In this document: piece by piece, positions 6,978 through 16,115 of the stretch
How the letters are laid out: each line of letters begins with the position of its first letter
Position numbering within the stretch: the first letter of the stretch is position 1
Source: Gemmatimonadota bacterium
GTDB taxonomy: Bacteria > Gemmatimonadota > Gemmatimonadetes > Gemmatimonadales > GWC2-71-9
NCBI GenBank assembly: GCA_041497135.1
Contig: JBGQFX010000005.1
Coordinates: 27,683 to 91,682, forward strand
DNA length: 64,000 bases
Direction of reading: 5' to 3'
The notes under the pieces: model-generated
Database searches by the model: none
What the model saw: the letters and a program-made list of their open reading frames with translations, nothing else
Told to the model about the DNA's origin: nothing
Made by a program: the position numbers and the translations under genes

Positions 6978-9260
6978 GTGTCGCGTCCCCGGGTGCTTCC
7001 AGCCTCGCGGGGCTCGGCGAAGCGCTGTGGCATACGCCCTGCTGCATCTGTTTCAATACAGGTGAATTCCCGACCGACTCCCAGACTATCGAGCCGCGCT
7101 GCCGTGCGCGGGCTCCTCGCCGCGGCTGCCGTGCTGGCGGCGACGACGTGCCGTCTCGACCAGTTGATCGTCCTCCCCCACGCCGCGTTGCTCTGCGTCA
7201 CACCGTCCGTTCCCGATACGCTCCTGGACTCCGCGGCCGGTGGGAGCACCACGACGCGCAGTGACCAGGTCAGTATCAACAACTGCGGTGCCGGAACGCT
7301 GCATTGGACGGCCTTCGTCAAGCAGGGCAGTCAGTGGCTGTCCGTTGCGCCGGACTCCGGCATCGTCGGTGGGCTGGACCGCGCAACACCGTGGGTCATT
7401 CTCAATCCCGCCGCGCTCGACACCGGCATCTATCACGAGACGGTGGTCGTCAGTTCTACGACCGGGAGCGGCGCCGCGGAGATCCCGGTCTCGTTCTACA
7501 TCCATCCGTGCCGCGTCACGCCGATTGCGATCGATGACTCGGCCCTGGCGACCCTGACGCCGGATGATTGCGGCGCGCCGCACCGGCCCGGCCGATACGC
7601 GAGGATGTACGGCTTTCCCGGTACGGCCAACGACTCGGTCTCAATCGAGCTCCCGGCCGGTTTCGATGCCTACGTGGAGCTCGACACGACGCTGGATGCC
7701 TCCCGGCCGGCGTGGGTCGAGACGGACGACTCGCTCCTCTATTATCAGCGCCTGCCGCGCAACGCCACCTATTACGTCGAAGTGACGAGCGCGGCGGCCG
7801 CCGACACCGGTTCCTTCACACTCCATCTGACGCATCCGCGGCTCCCTAGATCACCTCAGGATCTCGATCAACGGATGATCGATTCGGTGACCAGCGTCAT
7901 TCCCGGAGCGACCGTCGCTCAGCCGAGCATTTTGTTGCGCGCGGTGCTGACCGATCCTGATCTGGGCGACTCGCTGCACCTGGAAGCCGAAGTGCGGCCG
8001 GTGACGGTCGGGTTCAGCGGATCCAACGTGCCGAACGGGCCGGCAGTGGCAAACGGCAGCCCCGCCTGGTTGAGTGTCGGCGGCCTGGCCGACAAGACCT
8101 CGTACCACTGGCGCGTCCGCACTGGGGACCATACCGGTCGTTCCGGTCCATGGACGTCGTTTGGCGGAAGTCCCGACTTCGTCGTGAACGTCCCCCACGC
8201 GCCCAACGCCCCGACGACACTCGGTCAGGCAAGAAGCGATGGGACCGGAATCCTCACGGGCGGCACGATCGACGACAACGTGGTCATTCTAAGCGCCGTC
8301 GTGTCGGATCCCGACCCCGGCGATCAATTGCGGTTGCAGGTGGAGGTGCGACCCATCGGGTCGCCATTCTCCGACCCCACGGACTCGAGCGATCCGGTGC
8401 CCGACGGCGGCCCATTGCAGGTGCTCGTCGGCCCGCTGCCCAGCGCGACGAGCTACCACTGGCGGGCGCGGGCCGTGGATCAGACGGGCGACACCAGCAC
8501 CTGGGTGGCCTACGGCGGCAACTCGGAAAGCGCGATCGACTTCCGCATTGCCCTGCTGCAGATCCCCAATCCACCCAGCGACCTGTCACAATTGCAGAGT
8601 GGGGACCTGACCCCGATCCCGGTGGGCGGTGCTGCGGTGTCCAACTCGATCGTCGTCACCGGTGTGGTGAGCGACCCCGACGCGAGTCAGACGGTGCAGC
8701 TCGAGGTGGAAGTCCAGCCCGTCGGTCAGGGCTTCGTCGGGCTGCCCAATTACACCAGCTCGCTCGTCCCAAGTAGCTCGACGGCGCAGGCGTCGGTCGG
8801 TCCCTTGACCGCCAACACCGACTATCACTGGCAGGCGCGCACCAAGGACTCGGGCGGCTTCACCAGCACGTGGGTCGCGTTCCCTATCTCACCGGCCAAC
8901 CCGGAGACGGCTACCGATTTCAGCTACCAGCCCCTGCCGCCGCCGGCGCAGCTCGTGTTTACGGTTCAACCGACGACCACCAGAGCCGGGGCGATCATTG
9001 TGCCCGCGGTGCAGGTGACCGCTCTGGACGGAAATGGCCAGATCAGCACCGGTTTTACGGGTTCCATCACCATGACGCTCGAGCCGAGCTTGTACGGCGG
9101 CAAGCTCATGGGGACGACCACCGTGAAAGCAGCCGGCGGCGTGGCGACGTTCGTGAATTTGAGCATCAACAAGCTGGGGTTCGGCTATCGCCTGCGCGCC
9201 ACCACCGTCCAACCTTCACTGACAGTGGTCAGCGCCCCATTCAACGTCACGCGCCGCTGA
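6978..9260 (+). CDS. large secreted/lipoprotein with PPC-like domain, three tandem ~115-120-aa beta-sandwich repeats and a C-terminal Big-like domain
   Basis: Signal/lipobox-like RGLLAAAAVLAATTC, with an alternative GTG start at 7104. Three repeats each contain SDPD..L.LEVEV.P...YHWR.R..D..G..S.W. C-terminal segment PAQLVFTVQPTTTRAGAIIVPAVQVTALDGNG... Confidence 0.7.
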   Translation: MSRPRVLPASRGSAKRCGIRPAASVSIQVNSRPTPRLSSRAAVRGLLAAAAVLAATTCRLDQLIVLPHAALLCVTPSVPDTLLDSAAGGSTTTRSDQVSINNCGAGTLHWTAFVKQGSQWLSVAPDSGIVGGLDRATPWVILNPAALDTGIYHETVVVSSTTGSGAAEIPVSFYIHPCRVTPIAIDDSALATLTPDDCGAPHRPGRYARMYGFPGTANDSVSIELPAGFDAYVELDTTLDASRPAWVETDDSLLYYQRLPRNATYYVEVTSAAAADTGSFTLHLTHPRLPRSPQDLDQRMIDSVTSVIPGATVAQPSILLRAVLTDPDLGDSLHLEAEVRPVTVGFSGSNVPNGPAVANGSPAWLSVGGLADKTSYHWRVRTGDHTGRSGPWTSFGGSPDFVVNVPHAPNAPTTLGQARSDGTGILTGGTIDDNVVILSAVVSDPDPGDQLRLQVEVRPIGSPFSDPTDSSDPVPDGGPLQVLVGPLPSATSYHWRARAVDQTGDTSTWVAYGGNSESAIDFRIALLQIPNPPSDLSQLQSGDLTPIPVGGAAVSNSIVVTGVVSDPDASQTVQLEVEVQPVGQGFVGLPNYTSSLVPSSSTAQASVGPLTANTDYHWQARTKDSGGFTSTWVAFPISPANPETATDFSYQPLPPPAQLVFTVQPTTTRAGAIIVPAVQVTALDGNGQISTGFTGSITMTLEPSLYGGKLMGTTTVKAAGGVATFVNLSINKLGFGYRLRATTVQPSLTVVSAPFNVTRR
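7848..8927 (+). repeat. three tandem intragenic domain repeats (about 345-375 nt each)
   Basis: Protein-level repeats at about aa 291-405, 406-525 and 526-650 of the 760-aa ORF, with conserved DPD...EVRP...SYHWRxR...W blocks. Confidence 0.6.
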
Positions 9261-9283
9261 CGTCCGAGGGTAGTTTTTCGGTC

Positions 9284-10189
9284 ATGGGTCTGGGATTCCG
9301 GTGCTGCATTGCCGTCGCGACGTGGGCGTCGCTCACGAGCTCACCCGCCACCGCTCAGCGGGCGGGGAAGTCGCCTCAGATCGCGTGGCGCCCGCCGGTG
9401 CCGCTGCAAGGGTCGCTGGTACTGATCGGTGTGGAGGCACGGGGGACCGACAGCGTGCGGTCAGTTCGCGGTGAGCTGGCCGGCGAGCCGCTGCATTTCG
9501 AGCTCATCAATGGCTGGTTCCGCGCCATCGGGGGCGTGCCGCTCGGCGCGGGTACCCCTCTGACGGCTACCGTGGTGATCGAGCGGGCCGGTGGCGCCCA
9601 TGACACACTCACCCCGCGGCTGCCCGTGGCTCCACGCCGCACGCGGAGCGAGCGGCTGCAGACCGACCCTCGCTTCCTCCAGCCGCCGGAGTCGCTCCGG
9701 TCGCGAATTGAGACTGAGCGTGCCTTGGTGCGCGAGCTGAAGCGGCGGACCCACGATACACCGCGCCGGTGGCGTGTGCCGTTCATACGGCCGCGGCCCG
9801 GGCCGGTCACGAGCGCCTTCGGGACGGGCCGAATTTTCAACGGTCAACTGCGCAGCCGGCACCTAGGTGTGGATTTCGATGGCGCAGTGGGGGATTCGGT
9901 GCTCGCGACCAACCGCGGGGTGGTGGCCTACGCCGGTGACCTGTACTACAGCGGTACCACCGTGTTCATCGATCACGGGGCAGGGCTGCTCAGCGCGTAT
10001 CTGCACTTGAGCAGCGTCCTGGTCGCAGCGGGGGACTCGGTCGCCCCCGGGCAGCTCATCGGGCGGGTTGGCGCCTCCGGGCGGGTCACCGGACCGCACC
10101 TGCATTGGCTCGCTTCCTACGGCAACATCACCGTCGATCCCATGGATTTGCTGGACATCGATCCGGCGGCGCCTCTGACCCCTCGTTGA
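9284..10189 (+). CDS. M23 family metallopeptidase (secreted)
   Basis: HLGVDFDGAVGDSVLATNRGVV...IDHGAGLLSAYLHLS...GRVGASGRVTGPHLHW (HxxxD ... HxH motifs). ATG 9284 with a signal-like N-terminus. The upstream part of the 439-aa track ORF overlaps the preceding gene. Confidence 0.85.
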   Translation: MGLGFRCCIAVATWASLTSSPATAQRAGKSPQIAWRPPVPLQGSLVLIGVEARGTDSVRSVRGELAGEPLHFELINGWFRAIGGVPLGAGTPLTATVVIERAGGAHDTLTPRLPVAPRRTRSERLQTDPRFLQPPESLRSRIETERALVRELKRRTHDTPRRWRVPFIRPRPGPVTSAFGTGRIFNGQLRSRHLGVDFDGAVGDSVLATNRGVVAYAGDLYYSGTTVFIDHGAGLLSAYLHLSSVLVAAGDSVAPGQLIGRVGASGRVTGPHLHWLASYGNITVDPMDLLDIDPAAPLTPR

Positions 10190-10199
10190 TCGACACGGC

Positions 10200-11861
10200 T
10201 CAGACCGTTTGCAGATACCGGTGAATCATGCCCACCGCCGCCGATCCTTCCCCCACTGCCGAGGCCACGCGCTTGGTGGAGCCGAGTCGGACGTCGCCGG
10301 CGGCGAAGATGCCGGGCAGGCTGGTTTCCAGCGGGAACGGATCGCGATCGAGCGTCCATCCCTTCGGTCGCCTGCCGTCCTTCAGCAGATCGGGACCGGT
10401 GACGATGAAGCCCGTCTCGTCCCGCTCCACGAGACCCGCGACCATGCCGGATTGCGGGGTCGAGCCGATGAGCACGAACATCGCCGCCGCGGGCAGCGTG
10501 GTGCGCTCGCCGGCATCGTCGCGCACGAGCTCGACTGCTTCGAGCCGGCCAATCCCACGCACACCGGCCACGGCGGTGTGCGTCCGCACCTCGATGTTGC
10601 CCGCGGCTTCGATGCGATCGATCAAGTACGTGGACATCGTGGCCTGGAGCGACGCGCCGCGGACGACCATCGTCACCTTGGCGGCATAGCGGGCGAAGAG
10701 CAAGGCGGCTTGTCCGGCGGAATTGGCGCCCCCGATGATGACGACCTCGGCCCCCCGGCAGGCGGCCGCTTCCGACAGGGCCGCGCCGTAATAGACGCCG
10801 GCCCCGGTGAGTGCCTCCACACCGGGCACATCGAGCCGCCGAACCTGCATCCCGGTCGCGAGCAGCAACGCATAGCACTGCAGCTCTGATCCGTCGTCGA
10901 GCGTCACGATCCGGTAGGGATGCTCGGCGCGGATCGCAGCGACGCCCCGCGCCGTGACGACCTCCGCGCCAAACCGCCGGGCCTGCGTCGTCGCCCGTCG
11001 CGCCAGGTCCGCTCCGGCGATGCCGCCCGGGAAGCCGAGGTAGTTCTCGATCTGTGAGCTGGTACCCGCCTGCCCGCCCGTCACGTCCAGCTCGATCAGG
11101 ATCGTGCGTAACCCCTCGGACGCACCGTAGACCGCGGCGGCCAGGCCGCTCGGGCCGCCACCGACGACGATGAGATCGTAGAACGGATTCCGCGCCTCGG
11201 TCTGCAGGCCAATCCGCTCGGCCAGCTCCCGGGTGGTGGGCGCCAGCAGCGTCGTGCCATCAGGAAAGAAGACGACCGGTTGCCGCTTGAGGCCCGGCGT
11301 CAGCGTCTCGACCAGCGCGCGCGTCGCCCCGTCGGTGTCCAGATCGATCCATGCGTACGGCGTCTGCGTGCGGGCAAGAAAATCCCTCAGCTCGTGACTC
11401 CGGGGCGACCAGCGTGAGCCCGCGACCCGGATGCCGTCGAACGGCGGCCGGAACGTCGCGGCCCAGTCGGCCAGCACATCGTCCAGCACGGGGTACAAGT
11501 GCTGCTCCGGCGGATCCCACGGTTTCATCAGGTAGTGATCGAGCCCGACTTCGTTGATGCCGCGGATCGCCGCCTCGCTGTCGGCGTAGGCGGTCAGCAG
11601 CACCTTGCGCGACTCCGGGTGCAGCGTGCGGACCTCGCGCAGCAGCTCGGTCCCCGTCATGCCGGGCATCCGCTCGTCCACGAGAAATAGGGCGATCGGC
11701 GTCCCGCGCTGCTTCAGCTCCCGCGCGGCTTCGAGCGCTTCGCGGCCGGAGCCGGCTTTGAGGATGCGGTAGTCGCTCTGGAAGTGTTCGCGCAGATCGC
11801 GCTCGATGGCGGCCAGCACCAGGGCGTCGTCGTCGACGCTCAGGATCACGGGTTTGGCCAC
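10200..11861 (-). CDS. fused response regulator / thioredoxin-reductase-like FAD oxidoreductase
   Basis: REC domain (VILSVDDD...LFLVDERMPGMTG...LLTAYAD), a Trx-fold-like linker without CxxC (GSRWSPRSHELRDFL), and a TrxB-like FAD/NAD domain (DLIVVGGGPSGLAAAVY...GGANSAGQAA...GIFAAGDVR) that lacks the CxxC redox pair. Confidence 0.9.
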   Translation of the reverse strand: MAKPVILSVDDDALVLAAIERDLREHFQSDYRILKAGSGREALEAARELKQRGTPIALFLVDERMPGMTGTELLREVRTLHPESRKVLLTAYADSEAAIRGINEVGLDHYLMKPWDPPEQHLYPVLDDVLADWAATFRPPFDGIRVAGSRWSPRSHELRDFLARTQTPYAWIDLDTDGATRALVETLTPGLKRQPVVFFPDGTTLLAPTTRELAERIGLQTEARNPFYDLIVVGGGPSGLAAAVYGASEGLRTILIELDVTGGQAGTSSQIENYLGFPGGIAGADLARRATTQARRFGAEVVTARGVAAIRAEHPYRIVTLDDGSELQCYALLLATGMQVRRLDVPGVEALTGAGVYYGAALSEAAACRGAEVVIIGGANSAGQAALLFARYAAKVTMVVRGASLQATMSTYLIDRIEAAGNIEVRTHTAVAGVRGIGRLEAVELVRDDAGERTTLPAAAMFVLIGSTPQSGMVAGLVERDETGFIVTGPDLLKDGRRPKGWTLDRDPFPLETSLPGIFAAGDVRLGSTKRVASAVGEGSAAVGMIHRYLQTV

Positions 11862-13286
11862 TCAGGGGGCTCCGGGGGGCGACGCGACGGCTGCCGGAAC
11901 CGGGAGGCGCACGCGGAACTCCGTCCGGCCCGGTCGCGAGTCCACGTCGATCTCCCCATCATGCCGCTGGATCAGCCGGCGCACGATGTCGAGGCCCAGG
12001 CCCGCTCCCTCCCCGACCGGTTTGGTAGTGAAGAACGGATCGAAGATGCGCGCGCGAATATCGGCGGGGATACCGGGGCCGTCGTCGACCACCCGCACCA
12101 GGACGGCGCCGCCGCTCGTCGTGGCCGCGATCTCTACCCGCCCGCCCGTCGCCACCGCATCGAGCGCGTTGTCGATCAGATTCAGCCACACCTGGTTCAG
12201 CTCGCCACCGAAGCCCTGGACCTTGGGGAGATCGGCCGCGACCTGCACCGCCACCCCCACGGACTTGGCCCGGGCCTTGGCCTGGAGCACAGCGAGCGTA
12301 TCGGAAAGCCCGCGACCGATGTCGACCGCTTCGGGTACGGTCGCATGGTCCATGCGAGTGAATCCCTTGACCGCGGCCACCAGATCGTAGATGCGGGCCG
12401 CCGCCTGCTCGATCTCCGAGGCGAGCTGCCGGGTCGCGCAGCCGGAGGCGATCCACCGCAGCGCGGCATCGAGCGACGTGCGATCGAGCGCCGCGGCCAG
12501 CCGGTCGAGCGCCTCGAGCGTGACCGCGGTCTCCGCCAGGGGCTGGGCCGCGGTCCGATCGGCGCCCCGCGCGTCGAGCCATGCGGCGACCGCGTCCTCC
12601 CGATCGGCCCGCTCGAGCGGGGAGCGAACCGCCGTGAGCGGGGTGGTGAGACAGATCTCGCGCACGCCGTGCACGGCGGCGATCTGCGACGGGGTGAGTC
12701 CGGTGCCGCCGAGCGCGCGCGAGGCTTCTTCCAGGCTGATCAGGCGGTCGGTGAGTCCCTTGGCACTGCGCGCGATGGCCGAGGCGGGGTTGTTCAGCTC
12801 GTGCGCCAGGCCCGCCGCGAGCTTGCCGAGGGACAACAGCTTTTCGTCGTGGAGATCGCTCGAGGTGAAGTGCCGGGTGCGATCGAGCATCACGTGCACG
12901 AACACTGCGGTGAGCTCGTGGCACTGACGGATCATTTCGGGGAAATGGTCGCGGTGGACGGAAACCAGCTCCGTCGGCTCTTCGGCCACCACGTCGCCGA
13001 GGGTCGCGGCCAGCCGTGAATACGGCAGGAAGCCGGTTACCTCACCGCTGCGCCACTCCATCGCCTTCCGCCGCCCGGTGCCGCGGTCGACGTGAATCAC
13101 GAGGTGGCCGGACAGCACCAGGTACAAGGCATCCACCTTGGTCCCTTGCTTGTACAGCAACTCGCCACCGGCGAGCTGACGCAAGCGGCCGTGCGCCGCC
13201 ACCCACGCGATCTGCTCGCGTGGCAGGCCGCGCATCAACGTGTGGTTCTCCAGGCGATCGAGGAGATCGACGGGTGGAGCGCTCAT
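11862..13286 (-). CDS. sensor histidine kinase with N-terminal cyclic-nucleotide-binding-like domain
   Basis: cNMP-like beta-roll (ELLYKQGTKVDALYLVLSGHLVIHV...GEVTG), H-box LAAGLAHELNNPASAI, HATPase motifs (NLIDNALDA, DDGPGIP, GAGLGL). The TGA stop directly abuts the RR GTG. Confidence 0.9.
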   Translation of the reverse strand: MSAPPVDLLDRLENHTLMRGLPREQIAWVAAHGRLRQLAGGELLYKQGTKVDALYLVLSGHLVIHVDRGTGRRKAMEWRSGEVTGFLPYSRLAATLGDVVAEEPTELVSVHRDHFPEMIRQCHELTAVFVHVMLDRTRHFTSSDLHDEKLLSLGKLAAGLAHELNNPASAIARSAKGLTDRLISLEEASRALGGTGLTPSQIAAVHGVREICLTTPLTAVRSPLERADREDAVAAWLDARGADRTAAQPLAETAVTLEALDRLAAALDRTSLDAALRWIASGCATRQLASEIEQAAARIYDLVAAVKGFTRMDHATVPEAVDIGRGLSDTLAVLQAKARAKSVGVAVQVAADLPKVQGFGGELNQVWLNLIDNALDAVATGGRVEIAATTSGGAVLVRVVDDGPGIPADIRARIFDPFFTTKPVGEGAGLGLDIVRRLIQRHDGEIDVDSRPGRTEFRVRLPVPAAVASPPGAP

Positions 13287-13343
13287 CGCGTCCGAAGATA
13301 GAGCGGCCGCGCAACGGGGGGGAGGTGACGCGCGACTCTCGTG

Positions 13344-14360
13344 CTAGGGCTCGAGGACGAGGAGCGCGAACGTCCCCGACAGAACGGGTGGACGGGGCCG
13401 CGGTCGATCGGCCGTGGGTGCTGGGGTGGGCCCGAAATCCGCGGAGGCGGTGTACACGCGGTGTGTACGGAGATCCAGCTCCATGGTGCGTGCGCCGCGC
13501 TTCGTCGGGACCGTCCCGACCACGGTGTAGCGGTCGGGGGTGTCCTGGTGGATGACGGTCAACGCGCCGTCGCCCGTCGAGGCGAACGCGAGCGCCGTGG
13601 CCGGATCGAACCGGCACGCATCCACGCCCTGGCCGATCGGCACCGTGGTGATCAACCGGCCGGCGCCCGCGTCGGAGATCGCCATGACCTGATTGCGGCA
13701 GCCGCTGAACAGTCGATGGTGCGCGCGGTCGATCGCGAGACCGGTGGGCGACTCGCAGGGCGCCAGCGACCAGCGGCGTACCACCCTCATCGCGGCGGCG
13801 TCGATCTCGACCACCTGTGCCGAGTCCTCGATGTTCACGTACAGTGTCCCGTCGACGCCGGACACGCCGAACTCGGGGAAGCCACCCAGGTCGATCGTGC
13901 CGAGGCGCTCACCCGACACGGCGTCGATCACTGTGGACGAGCGCGCATCGCCGTTGAAGGTGAACAGATGCGTGGTGACCGGATCGAAGAGAATCGCGTC
14001 CGCGTCCGGGGCGGCGTCGGTGCGCTTCAGCACCTGGAGCGTGGTCAGGTCGAACATGAGCACGGTGCCGTCACCGCCCGAGGTCGCGAAGCCGTGGCCC
14101 GCGGCGTACGCGAACGCCACGCCGTGGGCGCGGTTCAATCCAGGGATCTCGCTTGTCACGCGTCCGCGTTCGGGGTCGACGACCATGATCCGGTCCTGAC
14201 GCGCGATGAACAGACGATGTCCGACGGTGTCCAAGGCGAGGTAGTCCCAGCCGCCGTCCCCGCCCAGGGTGTCGGTGTGCGTCAGGTGATAGGATTGCGC
14301 ACCGGCAGTGGCGCTCGCGCCCAGGAGGAGCGCCAGACAGGACAGTGCTCGACTACGCAT
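13344..14360 (-). CDS. secreted YncE/YVTN-like beta-propeller protein
   Basis: Signal peptide MRSRALSCLALLLGASATAGAQ, followed by repeated ...G..P.G.A.D....lf..n....v.viD blades. Confidence 0.65.
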   Translation of the reverse strand: MRSRALSCLALLLGASATAGAQSYHLTHTDTLGGDGGWDYLALDTVGHRLFIARQDRIMVVDPERGRVTSEIPGLNRAHGVAFAYAAGHGFATSGGDGTVLMFDLTTLQVLKRTDAAPDADAILFDPVTTHLFTFNGDARSSTVIDAVSGERLGTIDLGGFPEFGVSGVDGTLYVNIEDSAQVVEIDAAAMRVVRRWSLAPCESPTGLAIDRAHHRLFSGCRNQVMAISDAGAGRLITTVPIGQGVDACRFDPATALAFASTGDGALTVIHQDTPDRYTVVGTVPTKRGARTMELDLRTHRVYTASADFGPTPAPTADRPRPRPPVLSGTFALLVLEP

Positions 14361-14375
14361 CTTAGGGGGGAACGA

Positions 14376-15944
14376 CTAAGACGCGGCGCCCGCCACGGCC
14401 AACGTCGGGGGTTCTTCGGCTTTGAGATAGGCGTGCGGATCGTGATACAAGGCGCCCGCCGGAAGCCACTGGTGCAGCTCGCCCAGCTCGCGACGCACCC
14501 GGTCCACGAAGAACGCCGGTAGTTCGTCCGATTCCTGCTCGAAATAGGCGCGGAACGACGGGTCGGCGTCCAGGCGCCGCCGCACTTCCTTGTAGTACTT
14601 GATCCGACCGAACCCCTCCGAGGAAATCGCGCGCAACACGTTCATCCATTTGGGGATCATGGTACGGTTGGCCCGGAAGCGGTTGACGATCGCCCGCCAC
14701 GAGAACGTGTACTCCGTCAGACCGATCACCTGATCGTAGAACTCGGGCCAGGTGTAGTTCTTCGGCTTGACGTTCATCGCTTGATTGTTATCCAGGAAAT
14801 GGAACGGGAACCCCAGCACGCGATCGGCGCGCTGATACTCCAGGTTCAGGGGGGCCGCCCGCCCGAATGCCGACAACAGCGAATAGCCGGGGAAGGCGCC
14901 CGGCGTCAGATCGACGAACCGCTTGGTCAGCTCGAACGGCTCCGTCCCGGCGTCTCCATCCAGGCCCAGGACGAAGTTCGTCTGCACGTAGGGCAGGTAG
15001 CGCATGATCAGGTTCACGTGCTCGGACACTTCGCGCACCTTGTCCATCCCGGTGCGCTTGCCCGTCTTCGACTTGTTGCCCAGGTCGTACCACGATTCGA
15101 TCCCGGGCAGCACGGCCTTGAAGCCGTTGCGCCGCAGCCGGACGAGATGCGGTTCCGCCAGGAGCGACAGGCTGCTTTCGGCGACGAAGTCGATGCTGTC
15201 CGGCGGCGCGGCCGCCTCGATCGCCTCCATGATGTCGTCGAAGCGGACGCCGAAGTTCGGATCGTGCCACCCCACGCGCGGCCGTTTCTGCTGCTGCAGC
15301 AGGAACTGGAGATCCTTCGTGATCTCGCCGAAGTCGAGCGGCTGATAGGGCACGACCGAGTCGATGCAAAAGCTGCACGTATAGGGACAGCCCAGACTGC
15401 CGAGCATGCCCACGAGCTTCAGGACCGGCGCCTTGTCGATCGTGGCCTTGATGAATTTCCAGCGATCCCGCACCCCCGGGAGGGCGGCCGGCTGCCGCGC
15501 GGCGGCCAGATGCACGCCCAGCGGCCGGTGCCGCGCGCAGTCCTGGAGCACGTCGCGAACCACGGTGCGGTCGGTGAAACCCAGGACGTAGTCGAAGTAC
15601 TTGCGAGCGTCTTCGGGATAGCACCGGGCGTGGGGGCCGCCCAGGACCGTCACGGCACCGCGGGAGCGGAACAGGCTGCTGAGCGCGTAGGCGGTGAGCG
15701 CGGCCTGGCTGAACGCGCCGATGAACACCAGATCGACGTCGGTCGGCAGCTCGTCCACCAGGTTTTCGAACCCGGTGTAGCTGACGTAGGTCACGTCGTG
15801 GCCCTCGGCCTCGCACCAGACCGCCACGACCTGGGGCATGATGCTGGCGAGGTTGGCGTTCATGGCTCGCGCCCACAGGGCGCGGCTGGGGCCTCGGGTG
15901 GCCATGTCGATGATGCCAATGCGGAGCTTGTGCACGCGCCTCAT
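14376..15944 (-). CDS. B12-binding-domain radical SAM protein (class B-like)
   Basis: N-terminal Rossmann-like B12-type region (LVFIGAFSQAALTAYALS...VLGGPHA) and radical SAM motif GSLGCPYTCSFCIDS (CxxxCxxC). ATG 15944 is preferred; a TTG at 15989 is also possible. Confidence 0.85.
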   Translation of the reverse strand: MRRVHKLRIGIIDMATRGPSRALWARAMNANLASIMPQVVAVWCEAEGHDVTYVSYTGFENLVDELPTDVDLVFIGAFSQAALTAYALSSLFRSRGAVTVLGGPHARCYPEDARKYFDYVLGFTDRTVVRDVLQDCARHRPLGVHLAAARQPAALPGVRDRWKFIKATIDKAPVLKLVGMLGSLGCPYTCSFCIDSVVPYQPLDFGEITKDLQFLLQQQKRPRVGWHDPNFGVRFDDIMEAIEAAAPPDSIDFVAESSLSLLAEPHLVRLRRNGFKAVLPGIESWYDLGNKSKTGKRTGMDKVREVSEHVNLIMRYLPYVQTNFVLGLDGDAGTEPFELTKRFVDLTPGAFPGYSLLSAFGRAAPLNLEYQRADRVLGFPFHFLDNNQAMNVKPKNYTWPEFYDQVIGLTEYTFSWRAIVNRFRANRTMIPKWMNVLRAISSEGFGRIKYYKEVRRRLDADPSFRAYFEQESDELPAFFVDRVRRELGELHQWLPAGALYHDPHAYLKAEEPPTLAVAGAAS

Positions 15945-16115
15945 GGAAAACGGGTCTCCCAAGGTCGCCCCATGGGCCTCCCTCCGCAAGCGCGATTTCC
16001 GGCGAACCCTGCTCTGCCGCTGTGTTTACGACCTCGATTTAGCGATATTTCCTGCTCGCGCCCGCCTGGGCTGCAGATGGTGCGTGTTTTTGGCCCGTTC
16101 CAACGAGGAGATACC

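Noticed and set aside
6946-7064. 9-bp inverted repeat CACCTGTAT ... ATACAGGTG, 101 nt apart, in the leader of the repeat-lipoprotein gene
   Set aside because: A 9-bp match at this spacing is expected many times by chance in 64 kb, and there is no supporting feature.
14781-16076. Upstream two-thirds of the 654-aa plus-strand ORF
   Set aside because: It is entirely antisense to the radical SAM gene, which has clear motifs. Only the 3' part after the SD/GTG at 16116 looks like a real (HTH) gene.
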